DNA from: Chrysochromulina tobinii
Taxonomy: Eukaryota
DNA length: 61,019 nt
Assembly (NCBI GenBank): GCA_001275005.1
Contig: JWZX01002355.1
Span: 1 to 61,019 of the forward strand
Reading direction: 5' to 3'
Shown: in pieces, positions 1 to 10,629 of the stretch
How positions within the stretch are numbered: the first letter of the stretch is position 1
Layout: every line of letters begins with the position of its first letter
Notes under the pieces: model-generated
The model's database searches: none
The model's input: only the letters and a program-made list of their open reading frames with translations
What the model was told of the DNA's origin: nothing
Made by a program: the position numbers and the translations under genes

Positions 1-2795
1 CCTCCTTCTCCACCACCCTCCCCAGCTCCGCTGCCCCCACCTCCGCCGTCTCCATGCCTGCCGCCGCCCTCACCCCCACCGCCGACGCCCCACCGCCCAG
101 CCCGCCACCAAAGCCACCGCCCTTGCCGCCGCCGCCGTCGCCGCCTCCGCCCTCACCTCCACCATCCCCGCCTCCTCCTTCGCCACCACCGTCCCCGCCA
201 CCGCCATCGCCGCCGCCCTCGCCTCCGCCGCCCTCACAGCCGCCCTCACCACCACCATCACCACCGCCACCAAGCCCACCACCACCGCCGAGCCCCTTGC
301 CTCCCGAGCCATCCCCTCCGCCACCGTCACCTCCGCCGCCCACCCCACCGCCTCCGTGTCCACCTCCGCCATCGCCGCCTCCACCCTCACCGCCGCCTCC
401 CTCGCCGCCGCCCTCACCGCCTCCGCCATCACCGCCACCCTCGCCCCCACCACCGTCGCCTCCACCGGCGCCGCCTCCACCTTCGCCACCACCATCGCCT
501 CCTCCCCCGTCGCCGCCACCCTTACCGCCACCTCCCTCACCGCCACCTCCCTCTCCGCCGCCCTCGCCTCCGCCACCCTCACCACCGCCTTCGCCGCCCC
601 CACCGTCGCCCCCACCATCACCGCCTCCGCCCTCGCCGCCGCCGCTGCCACCGCCACCTTCACCGCCTCCCTCACCGCCACCGCCGTCGCCGCCACCGTC
701 GCCGCCTCCGCCATCGCCGCCTCCGTTACCTCCGCCGCCGTCTCCACCACCGTCGCCACCGCCTCCTTCGCCTCCACCGTCGCCGCCGCCACCTTCGCCG
801 CCGCCCTCGCCACCTCCGCCATCCCCGCCGCCCTCGCCACCCCCACCCTCACCGCCGCCGTCGCCGCCGCCTCCGCCACCTCCCAGCCCGCCTCCGAGTC
901 CACCGCCTCCATCATCGCCGCTGCCAAGCCCACCACCATCGCCACCCCCCCCGAGCCCGCCGCCGTCGCCACTACCTCCGAGCCCGCCGCCAACTCCGCC
1001 GCCGCCATCCCAACCACCCTCGCCGCCCTTGTTGCCCCCCCCAGACGGTTGCCTGTGCGAAAATACATGCCAGTTTGCCGCTGATAACATCTGCGACGAC
1101 GGCGGCACACCATCTTCCTTCGACTATTGTCCCTTTTCTACCGACTGCGGCGACTGCGGTCGAAGATGCTTACCACCGCCGTCGCCGCCTCGGCGGCCCC
1201 GACCCTCCCCGCCGCCGCCTTCGCCTCCACCCCCAAGTCCACCGCCTTCACGACCGCCATCGCCGCCTCCCTCGCCGCCGCCAATCCCACCACCTCCGTC
1301 ACCACCGCCTTCGCCTCCGCCGCCATCGCCGCCACCGTCGCCGCCACCGCCATCACCGCCTCCCTCGCCGTCGCCTCCCTCACCACCGCCGTCCCCCCCG
1401 CCACCGTCGCCGCCGCCATCGCCTCCGCCGCCCTCATCACCTCCGTCCCCTCCGCCGCCATGTCCACCACCTCCGTCTCCCCCTGTCAGCTTCACGGTCA
1501 CCATTCAGGCAGAGATGGGCGTTGCAGATTTGCTCGCGCAGGGCGCCGACTCAGTTGTGGGCAACTTCACTGCCGCCCTCCAGAATGTGCCAGGCAGTAC
1601 ATCCAACATCAGCGTGACATTGCAAACATCCTCCGCCATGAGTCTCTCATTTTTCATGATCATCGACCAGCAGGGACTCTGCAATGTCGTTGCACAGCTG
1701 TACCCGACTCCTCCGTATCAAGTCACATGCCCCTTAGCAGGCCAGCGCCGACATTTGCAGGACACAAACGGCAACAGCAATCGCACCTTTCTCGTGGAGG
1801 TGGCCTGCTTGCTGCCGACGTGTATCACCGCTGCACGGCTCCCGAACGCAAGTCACATTGGTGAGGAGGCAGCCACCCTTTTGGGCACCCCTACTCCAAC
1901 CACGACACAGGAGACGGCTGTTGCCATGAGCGCCTCCATCATCATGCAGGGTTACGCGGGACAGGCTGCCTCACAGGCAGTAGTTGCGAGCCTTACGCAG
2001 AGCGAGCTCATGCAAGGGCTCCTTAGCTCGATGACCGTCCACACAGTCACGCCTCCGCGGCCACCGCCAGGAGCACCACCCTTGTCTCCCTCGGCACCAC
2101 CTACACCTCCTCCACCTTCACTACCACCGCCGCCTCCGCCTCCCTCTCTGCCACCCTCGCCTCCACCTCCGACGCTCCCGTCACCACTCTTGCCCCCAGC
2201 GAGACCACCAAGACCATCAAGTGTACTGCCCTCACCCGCACCGCAGCCCCCACAAACAGTGCCTCCGGAGCGACCGCCGTCTCCTTCCCCCCCGCCACCA
2301 TCAACACCGCCAACGCCACCACTGCCATCCCCGCCCCTACCATCACCATCTCCTCCATCACATTCGCCCTCGCCTCCACCGCCCAGCCCGTCGCCATCTC
2401 CTCCGCCTCCAATTCCACCCCCAAGCCCACTTCCACCATCCCCACCACCCTTACCACCACCACCCGTACCACCACCATCGACGCCACCCCTGTCCCACTC
2501 CCCAATTTCGTCCCCATCTCCGCCGCCGACATCACTGCCAGTGCCCGCACATTTTGAGCAGCAGTTGGAGCATGATATGGCTAGGCCTTCCAACTCCCTC
2601 CTCGTCAGCATCAGCACTGGAGTGATCGTGACAATGGCTGCTCTGCTTGGTTGGCGCTGCTGCAGGGCTCGCACAGAAACCCGGAGGCAACGGGAGGTGC
2701 CTTGGAGCTTGAAACGGAGGCCAGGGACACAGAGTGAGATTTGGCGCACTGAGGGAGACTGGCCTCCCGCAGTAGTACATCCAGCAGCAGCAGCA

Positions 2796-2828
<33 letters not shown>

Positions 2829-3593
2829 GCAGTGGCAGAGGCGGTGAATGTGCCCGTTGGTGGTGGTCGTGCTTGTGCCAAGTTGTCAGCCGCCCCGGCT
2901 GCTGCGGCTCCCGCCACTGCCGCCGCCGGAGGTGCGTGCTCGCCTGCTCAGAAGGCATGTTGGCACGAGGACGCCAGCGCGGAGGGTGCCAGCTCGCGGA
3001 GCGGCAGCTCATTAGGGCATGCCTCTTCTATGGCCTCTTCTAGTTCAAGCGCGTCAACAAGCCATCGCAGTGGTCATCGCTCGTCCCATCCTCGTCAAGA
3101 CGAACGTGCAGCCGAGCAGGCTTCCGGTCCGCGAGAGCATCACCGACATACCCGCAGCCCGGGGGCAAGTCATCATCACCACCATCATCAACGTAAACAC
3201 CAACATCATGATCATCATCAGCAGCAGGAGGACAGGCATGCTCGACATCCACATGAGCGCCATAATGGCAGTCCGCAGCGTCGCCATCATGCACAAGAAC
3301 ACCAGCACCACGGCCATCGCTGCCGCGAGCGGCGGCCGCACGAGCTGGACGAATCCAAGGGGGCTCTTGATGAATCAGTGCCGGCGAATCCAAGATCCGG
3401 ACCGTACGCAGTTGTGGACCGAAGCCGTCTAAAGACGCCCCCCAGACGGAGCCGTTGCCCTTCAGACGGATTCGAAGCCTCCCCCCAGCTGTCGAATCCG
3501 CGTTTGTCTCCAAACCTCCCCTTGTCGTCACCATCGCCTTCGCCCTCGCCTGGGGCTGGGCATCGTGGGCTCGAGACTGTTCAGAATGTGTAA
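1..3593 (+). CDS. Extensin-like (SPPPP) proline-rich membrane/surface protein, 5'-truncated
   Basis: Long SPPP(P) repeats, a Cys-rich module (CENTC...CDDGG...C...DCGDCG, ~1050-1169), an RRHLQ motif, a TM segment (LLVSISTGVIVTMAALLGW) and a His-rich tail. Bases 1-90 encode PPSP repeats in another frame, so the true start lies off-window and there is a 1-nt slip near 88-91. Confidence 0.8.
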
Positions 3594-3964
3594 GCTCATG
3601 GCTTTAAAGTAGGGCGCCTAACTGTTCGGAGTGTATTAACCATGTGAGGTACTAACAACGCAGGTTTACACGGTGAAACCGAAGACAGTTCCGTTTCCCT
3701 GGCCATGCACTGAAGACGGGAGCGCCAGCGCGCGGCGTGCACATCTCGTCTGCAACCGCACAACACCCGTTCGGTTATTCAGTCGCACAGTCGCACAGAC
3801 ACATCGCATGCAGCTCCGCCCCCTTTGCCTGCCTGCAGGCTGAATGCTCGCATACTGAATGCGCCGCATCGAATGTCTCGATGCTCAATGCAGAAAGAAC
3901 TTCGAGAAAGAACTCTCGACGGTCTCGACTCTCGCGCTGCTTGGCGCTGCATCTCGCAAGCAGC

Positions 3965-5572
3965 CTAATCGAGGAGAGTGTCCCGCCATTGCGGAGCCCG
4001 GGGAGGAGGGGGCCCTCGTACAGCGTCTTCGGTGGCCTCTCCCCGTATCCGCCATCCCGGAGGCTGAATCACCTCTGTCGCTTCAGCCGTGACAGATGCC
4101 GGGCGAGCCTCTTCCATGGCAGCCACCATGCTCTCCGGTTGAGCCTCAGCGGGAATCTCAGAGTCTGGGGGATCGAACTCTACGAATGCCTCCCCCGCTC
4201 GCCTTGCAGCGTCCTCTGCTAATCGTTGCGCAGCTGCTGCCTCGGCCGCGGCACTCTCAGCCGCCGCTCGTGCCTCTGCGGCCGCCCGCTCGGCCGCCAT
4301 TGCGGCTGCTACACGCGCCGCTCTGAGCTCCGCTTGGGCGGAACGGAACTGCAACCCGAGTTCCTCTGCCTGCACCTCGGCCGCCTGGGCTCTCTGGACC
4401 TCGTTCAGCACAAGGGGCTGGGTGAGCAAGGGGCTGCCAGCTCCTTGGGGGGGTGGCTGGGTGAGTGACGTTGGCGCTGATGGCTCCAGGGGCTCCTGGA
4501 GCGCGGCGAAGTGGTGCCCGGAACCAGTAGATTGGAGCTCGGTGGACGAGGAGGCCCGGCGTGGCTTGCGGCAGAATGAGGAGAATTGGACGGCAAGTCC
4601 GATGATCAGCAGCGCCGCGTCCAGGACCTCGAGCCCGATGCAGGCTGTGTTCGGAGGATCCAGGCAAGGAGGCAGCGTTTGCGCGGGGTTGAGTAGCGAC
4701 GGGAACTGCAACGCGCTCTCGTCGTCCGCATCGCCATCGTGCCACCACTGGTTGACGGCGTGGACGACGAAGAAGGCGCCCATGATAGTGGTGACCAACG
4801 CGGTGAGCACGTCGCGCATGGTTCTCGCTCGCCGCTTCAGGCTCCGCCACTGGCCTTCCGTCAGCGGTCTTCCCGCGTCGTCCTCGTCGTCGTCGATGGG
4901 GATGCGGAACCTGTGCAGGACGGCGATGGTGGCGGCCGCGCAGACTGCGGCGGTCACGATGATGATCGTGAGGCGAAGGCTACCCGGCATCGCGGGCGCG
5001 ATCAACCGCACTGGTAGCGCTGCGATCACCCCGCCCGAGATGGTCGCGCACAGGACCAGGCCGAGTGTGACTGCGTAGGACGCTATCACGCCCGTGAGGA
5101 TGCCAAAGGTCACCGAGATGAGCGGGCAGGCCCACCATGCCATGCTCTTGCTCGTGTCGAAGAGCAGCACGCCCACGCCGCCGGTCACGATCACACAGGT
5201 CATCAGCCCGATGAAGAGCCTGAAAAACATGTGGCCTTTGAAGACCAAGACGAGACCAATGAGGCCGATGATGATGGCAAAGACTTCTGCGGCTACCTTT
5301 TCGTTGTCGTTCGGTGGCGGTGGCGGTGGCGGTGGTGGAGGTGGAGGCGGGACGCCACTCCCAGGGTCGCCACTCCCACTGCTTTCCTCCCAAGCTCCGT
5401 CATCTTTGGCTATCGAGCCCTGCTGAAAGGCAGCGATCGAGGCCTTCGTGGCGACGGCAATCTCGGGGGCAGTGCGAGAGGTGAAGGCCCAGAGGCAGCA
5501 GTCATATGCACCACCACCCAGAGGCAGGAGCAAGAGCCGTAGTAAGAGCAGTCGTGCGCCAAGATGGGGCAT
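3965..5572 (-). CDS. Multi-pass membrane protein, TMEM198/TM7SF3 (DUF4203)-like
   Basis: Signal peptide, poly-Pro linker, about 7 hydrophobic helices starting IIIGLIGLVLVFKGHMFFRLFIG, and a C-terminal Ala/Glu coiled coil. Confidence 0.6.
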   Translation of the reverse strand: MPHLGARLLLLRLLLLPLGGGAYDCCLWAFTSRTAPEIAVATKASIAAFQQGSIAKDDGAWEESSGSGDPGSGVPPPPPPPPPPPPPNDNEKVAAEVFAIIIGLIGLVLVFKGHMFFRLFIGLMTCVIVTGGVGVLLFDTSKSMAWWACPLISVTFGILTGVIASYAVTLGLVLCATISGGVIAALPVRLIAPAMPGSLRLTIIIVTAAVCAAATIAVLHRFRIPIDDDEDDAGRPLTEGQWRSLKRRARTMRDVLTALVTTIMGAFFVVHAVNQWWHDGDADDESALQFPSLLNPAQTLPPCLDPPNTACIGLEVLDAALLIIGLAVQFSSFCRKPRRASSSTELQSTGSGHHFAALQEPLEPSAPTSLTQPPPQGAGSPLLTQPLVLNEVQRAQAAEVQAEELGLQFRSAQAELRAARVAAAMAAERAAAEARAAAESAAAEAAAAQRLAEDAARRAGEAFVEFDPPDSEIPAEAQPESMVAAMEEARPASVTAEATEVIQPPGWRIRGEATEDAVRGPPPPRAPQWRDTLLD

Positions 5573-5812
5573 GCGGAAGGGCGAACCCTGATCGTGCTTG
5601 ATGGGGCACTACGTTTTGCACGTACGGACGACTCGCGATCACCGACGGAAGGGCCGATCATGTTTTCCATACATGTATGCGTAGTTCCGAAAGTAACAAG
5701 ACACCAACTCCAGTTGGAATGCTATGCAAAAACCGGCGCCTTTTCGCTCCGAACTTCAAACTCCTGACCGAAGTCCGCAAACGTTTTTCTCATCTTCAAA
5801 GGATTTCAGTTC

Positions 5813-6780
5813 ATGCCTCTATTCCCTCAACTCTACTCCAAGGAGCAGGTTTTCATCTCGGGCCGCTATGCCTTCGAGCTCAAGCGGATGGAGAAGAACA
5901 TCCTGCGCTTCACAAACAGCGGTGGCCCGCAGGACCGCCTAGCACTCCTCGCCTTCTGTCGCGACATGTACGCAGAGCTTGAGCGCGAGCGGCTCGACCT
6001 CCTCGCGCGTGAGGAGGCGTGGCGGCGCGAGTGGGGTGGCAAAAAGGGTCAGGTGAGGGCCCTTTTTGACGCGATCGACACCGACGGCAGCGGTGTCATC
6101 GATATCGATGAGCTGTCCCAGGCGCTGCATCAGATGCCCGACTTTTTTGGCTACTCTGATGGTGGCACGCCCGAGGGCATGCAGGAGTGGCTCAAGGACG
6201 AGGTCGCTGGCGCGGCCGGCGGCGCTGGCGTCATCGACCTTTTCAAGCGGCTCGACGCAGATGGCGATGGCAAGGTGCGCGGAGAGTCGCGCGCGCGTTA
6301 CCATAGCCATGGCCCGCCGCGCCGCGCTGAACCATGCCGCGACACGCGTTCGCCAGCGCGCTCGCCAGTGCGCTCGCCAGCGCGCTCGCCTCTAGCATGC
6401 TCGCCTCTAGCATGCTCGCCTCTAGCGCCAGCCTCTAGCGCCCGTCCGTACGCATCTATGCTCTCGTCCCGCCCTCTCACGCGCATGACGATGCGCCACT
6501 GGTGCAGGTGAACTGGGAGGAGTTTTGGACCGTCATTGGAGAGTGGATGGAGACTGGCTTCAACCGGCTCGAGGAGCTGCGCAAGCGCGAGGGCCAGCTC
6601 AAGGAAGAGCGTGAGCGTGCGCTTGCAGAGGAGGCCACCCGGCATGCTGCCGAAGAGGAGCGCAAGCGTCGCGAGGCGGAGGAGAGTCTACAGAGGGACA
6701 TGGAGAAGGAGCAGCGCAAGGCGGAACTCGCGGCCATGGACGAGGCGGACAAGGAAGCGGCACGACAGAAGAAAAAGTGA
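5813..6780 (+). CDS. EF-hand Ca2+-binding protein with coiled-coil tail (exons 5813-6274, 6508-6780)
   Basis: EF loop DTDGSGVIDIDE. Splicing the GT-AG intron completes a second loop, DADGDGK|VNWEEF. Confidence 0.85.
6275..6507 (+). other. Spliceosomal intron (233 nt) with internal tandem repeats
   Basis: AAG|GTGCGC...TGCAG|GTG; contains (TCGCCAGYGCGC)3 and (TCGCCTCTAGCATGC)2+. Confidence 0.85.
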
Positions 6781-7731
6781 CGGCGGCGGTGCACCGGTAC
6801 GATCGCGGGCGGCCGACACAGTGTGCGATGTGTCCGTTGCTTCCGACCGCGAGTGTGTGCGGTAGCTAGTGTGCGGGCGGACGGAGGCTCGGCACACTAG
6901 CTAGTGTCCGTTGCTTCCGAGTTCCGTGCGTTCCGTGTTTCCGGATGATCTTGCTTGCATCTTCGTACTCGGAATCCAACCTCCGTCGGCCGCGGACCCG
7001 AAGTTAACATACGCGACGTGTATTGGCTATTGCGTCGCCGATCCGTTATACGAGTTACACGACTTGACGTCCGTATTGCTGATTCGCACCCCGCGCAGTT
7101 CCCGCCCTTCGCACCGGCCACCTGCACGCTGCACCATGACGCTGCACGGACCTGTCGATCTTCGGCGGGCGAGCGGGCCTCGCCGCTCGGCGGCTCGGAC
7201 TACGACTAGATAACCTTGCAGAACTGACTTCGATGTTCGTGACTTGTTCGGTTGACGGTTCAACGCATCGTCACACTGGAGTGTCGGGAGTGTCGGGAGA
7301 GTCGGTCACATGCTGTATTTCGTTTGATACGGCCGCAGACCAATCTATGGGCTAGCGGTGGTGGGTAGACAGCCGGCCCGCGGGCCGACTGGCGCGCAAG
7401 CCACGCCGTGTTGGGCACCGACTCAAAGTGGCCGGCTCCCGTGGGGGGCTGTTTGCTGTTTGATAACCTCAACATCCCTATTCACAGATGCGCAGCACAG
7501 AGAAGACCAAAGTTTGTACCGTACCGCGAGACTCCTTTCTCCATGGTTTCGTGTCGCTAATCGTAATAAAACTCAATATCCAAAAGCTACACGTCCCGGC
7601 ACAAAATTCGAGATCAGATTGCGCGTGTAGCGAGCTGTAGGCTCAAGCGGCACGGGTCACGAGCGCATTTTGCGCAGAAAGCATGAAGCGCGACTTGTCG
7701 ACTATTCTCAGCAAGCCCTACTGCCCTAGGC

Positions 7732-9933
7732 CTAGCCTTGTAGCGCAAGGCTTGTGTACATGCCCCCCAGCGATAGCAGCTCTTCGTGCGTGCCCTCCTC
7801 GACAATGCGTCCCTCGCTCACGACGGCGATCTTGTCCGCGGTGCGGATCGTCGACAGCCGATGCGCGATCACGATCGTCGTGCGCTTCTGCTTAGTCATG
7901 ATCTCGTCGAGCGCTGCTTGCACGATCTTCTCACTCTCGTTGTCAAGTGCGCTCGTCGCCTCGTCGAGCAGCAGCACCGCCGGCTTCTTGATGATGGCGC
8001 GCGCGATCGCGACGCGCTGCTTCTGCCCGCCGGACAGCTTGCCACCGCGCAGACCCACATCCGTCTCATAGCCATTTGCCAGGTTGCTGGTGATGAAGTC
8101 GTGCGCATTGGCCATCTTGGCTGCCTCCTCGATCTCGGCCTGCGTCGCCACGCCCGGCTTGCCGTAGGCAATGTTCTGCGCGACCGTGCCCTGGAACAGC
8201 AGTGGCTCCTGCGACACGAGACCCATCTGCGAGCGCAGCCAGCGCACGTTGAGCGCCTTCACGTCGACGCCGTCGAGCGTGATCGAGCCGCTAAGCGGGT
8301 CGTAGAAGCGCTCGAGCAGCTGGATCAGCGTCGACTTGCCGCTTCCCGACGGGCCACAGAGCGCGACCGTCGTGCCCGCGGCCACCGAGAGCGAGTAGCC
8401 CTTGCACACGAGCTTCTGCGGCGCGGTCGGATACGCAAACGTCACATTCGACACCTCGATGCGCCCCTCGATCCCTGTCAATTTGAGGCCCTCCACGCTA
8501 AACGAGTCGATCGCGGGCACGCGGCGAATAATGGCGAGGACCTTGGCGGAGGCGCTACGACCGAGACTGAAGGTCTGTGCCGGCTGCGAGATCATGCCAA
8601 AGCCCTCGCCCATCATCATGATGGCGAAGATGGCGATGATGATTTTGTCGCCCGCGACGAAGCATGGGTTGTAGTCTGGGTTGTCCTTCAGGTACGACGC
8701 CGACGCGTGCGACTTCACGAAGTCGGTGAAGGCGGCGACCGAATCGAAGCCCAGCCCGGCAAGCACAGTCGCCTCGTAGTTTTGCACTGGGATCTGCTCG
8801 AGAGGAACGCCGGCCGCGAAGTAGAGAAAGGGCGTCTCGCTTGCATCGGCGATCGTGCCGCCCAGCTGGCATGTCATCTTGAAAGGCGCGAGCGGAGCGC
8901 ATGGCGCGCCAATGGACACGCCGGCCAGAGCGCCGCTCGCGTCGGCGCAGTAGTAGGTGGTCGCGTCGGTGCCGTTGGGCAGCCCACTCGAATAGACGGA
9001 GCCGTTCACGGCGAGCGGGAAGGACGAGTCCTCCATCTCGCCGGAGAGGCGGTACGCCCCGTACACGACCGCGGTGGCCATCATGATGAGGTACGAGGAG
9101 AGTATAAGGCCACCTGAACCCATCAGCAGAGTCTTATTGATGATGGTGGTGCGGTGAACGCTCGAGAGCGCGCCGTTGTACCGCTTCTCGAAGGCGGGCT
9201 CGATGCCAAAGGAGACGATTGTGCGCATCGAGAACAAGCACTCGGTCGCGATGCCGCCAGCAACGCCGTACGCCTTCGTGATCATCTTAGAGCCGTGCTC
9301 GACCAGGTACATCATCGCGACCGCTGAGCAGATCAAGATGGGCACTGAAAGGAGTGTCACGCCGGCCACCTCGGGGTTGCCGAGCTGGGGCACGAAGGCG
9401 AGGATGAAGCCGCCACCGCCGTATCCAATTCCAACGAAGAGCATTGCCTGCGCCTTGAACGCCTTCTGGATTTTTACCATCGCCTCCGCGAACTGCGTCG
9501 AGAGCTCCTCCGGGTTGGAGACGTCGTACCACGCAACGTCCTGCCGGAGCACGGCCTTGAGGTACGCTCGCCTGTACTTGAGCATCTGCCGGGCCGTGAT
9601 CGTGTCAATGATGATGACCGCTATGGCCTGGCAGATGAACATTCCCACGCCGATGTAGATGAGGATCAGGAGGACGGTGTTCATCCTGTCGTCGCTAACG
9701 ACCGCGCCGGATATGACCGATCCCGCACCGAGCCCCTGGAAGAGTTCACCGAAGGCAAGCAGCATCAGGGGCTGTGCGACGCCGGTGCCCGTGGCGCACA
9801 CAATCGCAAATGCGAGGAGGAGCGCCTCGCACGCGCTAATGTACTGAAAGAATTCTGAGAGCGTGGCTGTCGGCTCCGGCGCCGGCTTCTCCTTCTTGGG
9901 GGCGGCGGAGTTCACCTCTGCGGAGTCGTTCAT
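7732..9933 (-). CDS. Half-size ABCB (MDR/P-glycoprotein-like) ABC transporter, TMD+NBD
   Basis: Walker A GPSGSGKST, Q-loop VSQEP, signature LSGGQKQR, Walker B LLLDEATSALD, H-loop IAHRLST and the TMD motif VLRQDVAWYD. First ATG is at 9933. Confidence 0.93.
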   Translation of the reverse strand: MNDSAEVNSAAPKKEKPAPEPTATLSEFFQYISACEALLLAFAIVCATGTGVAQPLMLLAFGELFQGLGAGSVISGAVVSDDRMNTVLLILIYIGVGMFICQAIAVIIIDTITARQMLKYRRAYLKAVLRQDVAWYDVSNPEELSTQFAEAMVKIQKAFKAQAMLFVGIGYGGGGFILAFVPQLGNPEVAGVTLLSVPILICSAVAMMYLVEHGSKMITKAYGVAGGIATECLFSMRTIVSFGIEPAFEKRYNGALSSVHRTTIINKTLLMGSGGLILSSYLIMMATAVVYGAYRLSGEMEDSSFPLAVNGSVYSSGLPNGTDATTYYCADASGALAGVSIGAPCAPLAPFKMTCQLGGTIADASETPFLYFAAGVPLEQIPVQNYEATVLAGLGFDSVAAFTDFVKSHASASYLKDNPDYNPCFVAGDKIIIAIFAIMMMGEGFGMISQPAQTFSLGRSASAKVLAIIRRVPAIDSFSVEGLKLTGIEGRIEVSNVTFAYPTAPQKLVCKGYSLSVAAGTTVALCGPSGSGKSTLIQLLERFYDPLSGSITLDGVDVKALNVRWLRSQMGLVSQEPLLFQGTVAQNIAYGKPGVATQAEIEEAAKMANAHDFITSNLANGYETDVGLRGGKLSGGQKQRVAIARAIIKKPAVLLLDEATSALDNESEKIVQAALDEIMTKQKRTTIVIAHRLSTIRTADKIAVVSEGRIVEEGTHEELLSLGGMYTSLALQG

Positions 9934-10629
9934 GGCAAAGGGATGCCGACCAGTTGCCGACACGTCGGGAAGCACAGATGCGACAAAAACGGAGATATGA
10001 CTACTCGTAAGTCTCGTCAGTTTGGCACTTAGTTTGGCACTTTAGTTTGGCTCTTAGTCCGTTCAGTCAGTTTCAAAGGACGACTCCGTACTCCACGGTC
10101 AAAACACAAGAACTGAGTACTCGTTCTCTACTCGGGCTACTCAATTTCCCTCGTGAGGTCGGTTTACGGTTACTCGGTTTGGTGCTTGCGGAACCGCCAA
10201 TGAAAACACGGAGAGCTCAACCACAGTCTTCACAACTCACAAGAGCCCGTCCGACCCGAGGCGTTTGATCAGAAGGGGGAAAGTAGCGTTTGAGACAAAG
10301 ACGAAAGAGAGGCTGTGTGAAAGGCTGCGGTGTCGGGTGTGCGCGGCGCGGAGCGGGCTCCGCAATGGGGCTCCGAGCTCTGGGCTCGTTGAGCCGCGTT
10401 CTGTACAGAGAGAAAAACAGAGATTTGTAAGTGACCAAGCTACCCGTTCTGCACAGAGCACACGGTACGCATGCGACGACACGGCACGATAGGTATGGTT
10501 GTCACGACTGCATCTATTGCTTCGGCCATTGCCCATCTGTGTAGCAAACCCCCCGCTCCTTACAGCGACGTGTTTGTCGAATGGCGTCGACAGCTGAAGA
10601 CCTCACGCTGCCAGCACGCGGCTGACATG

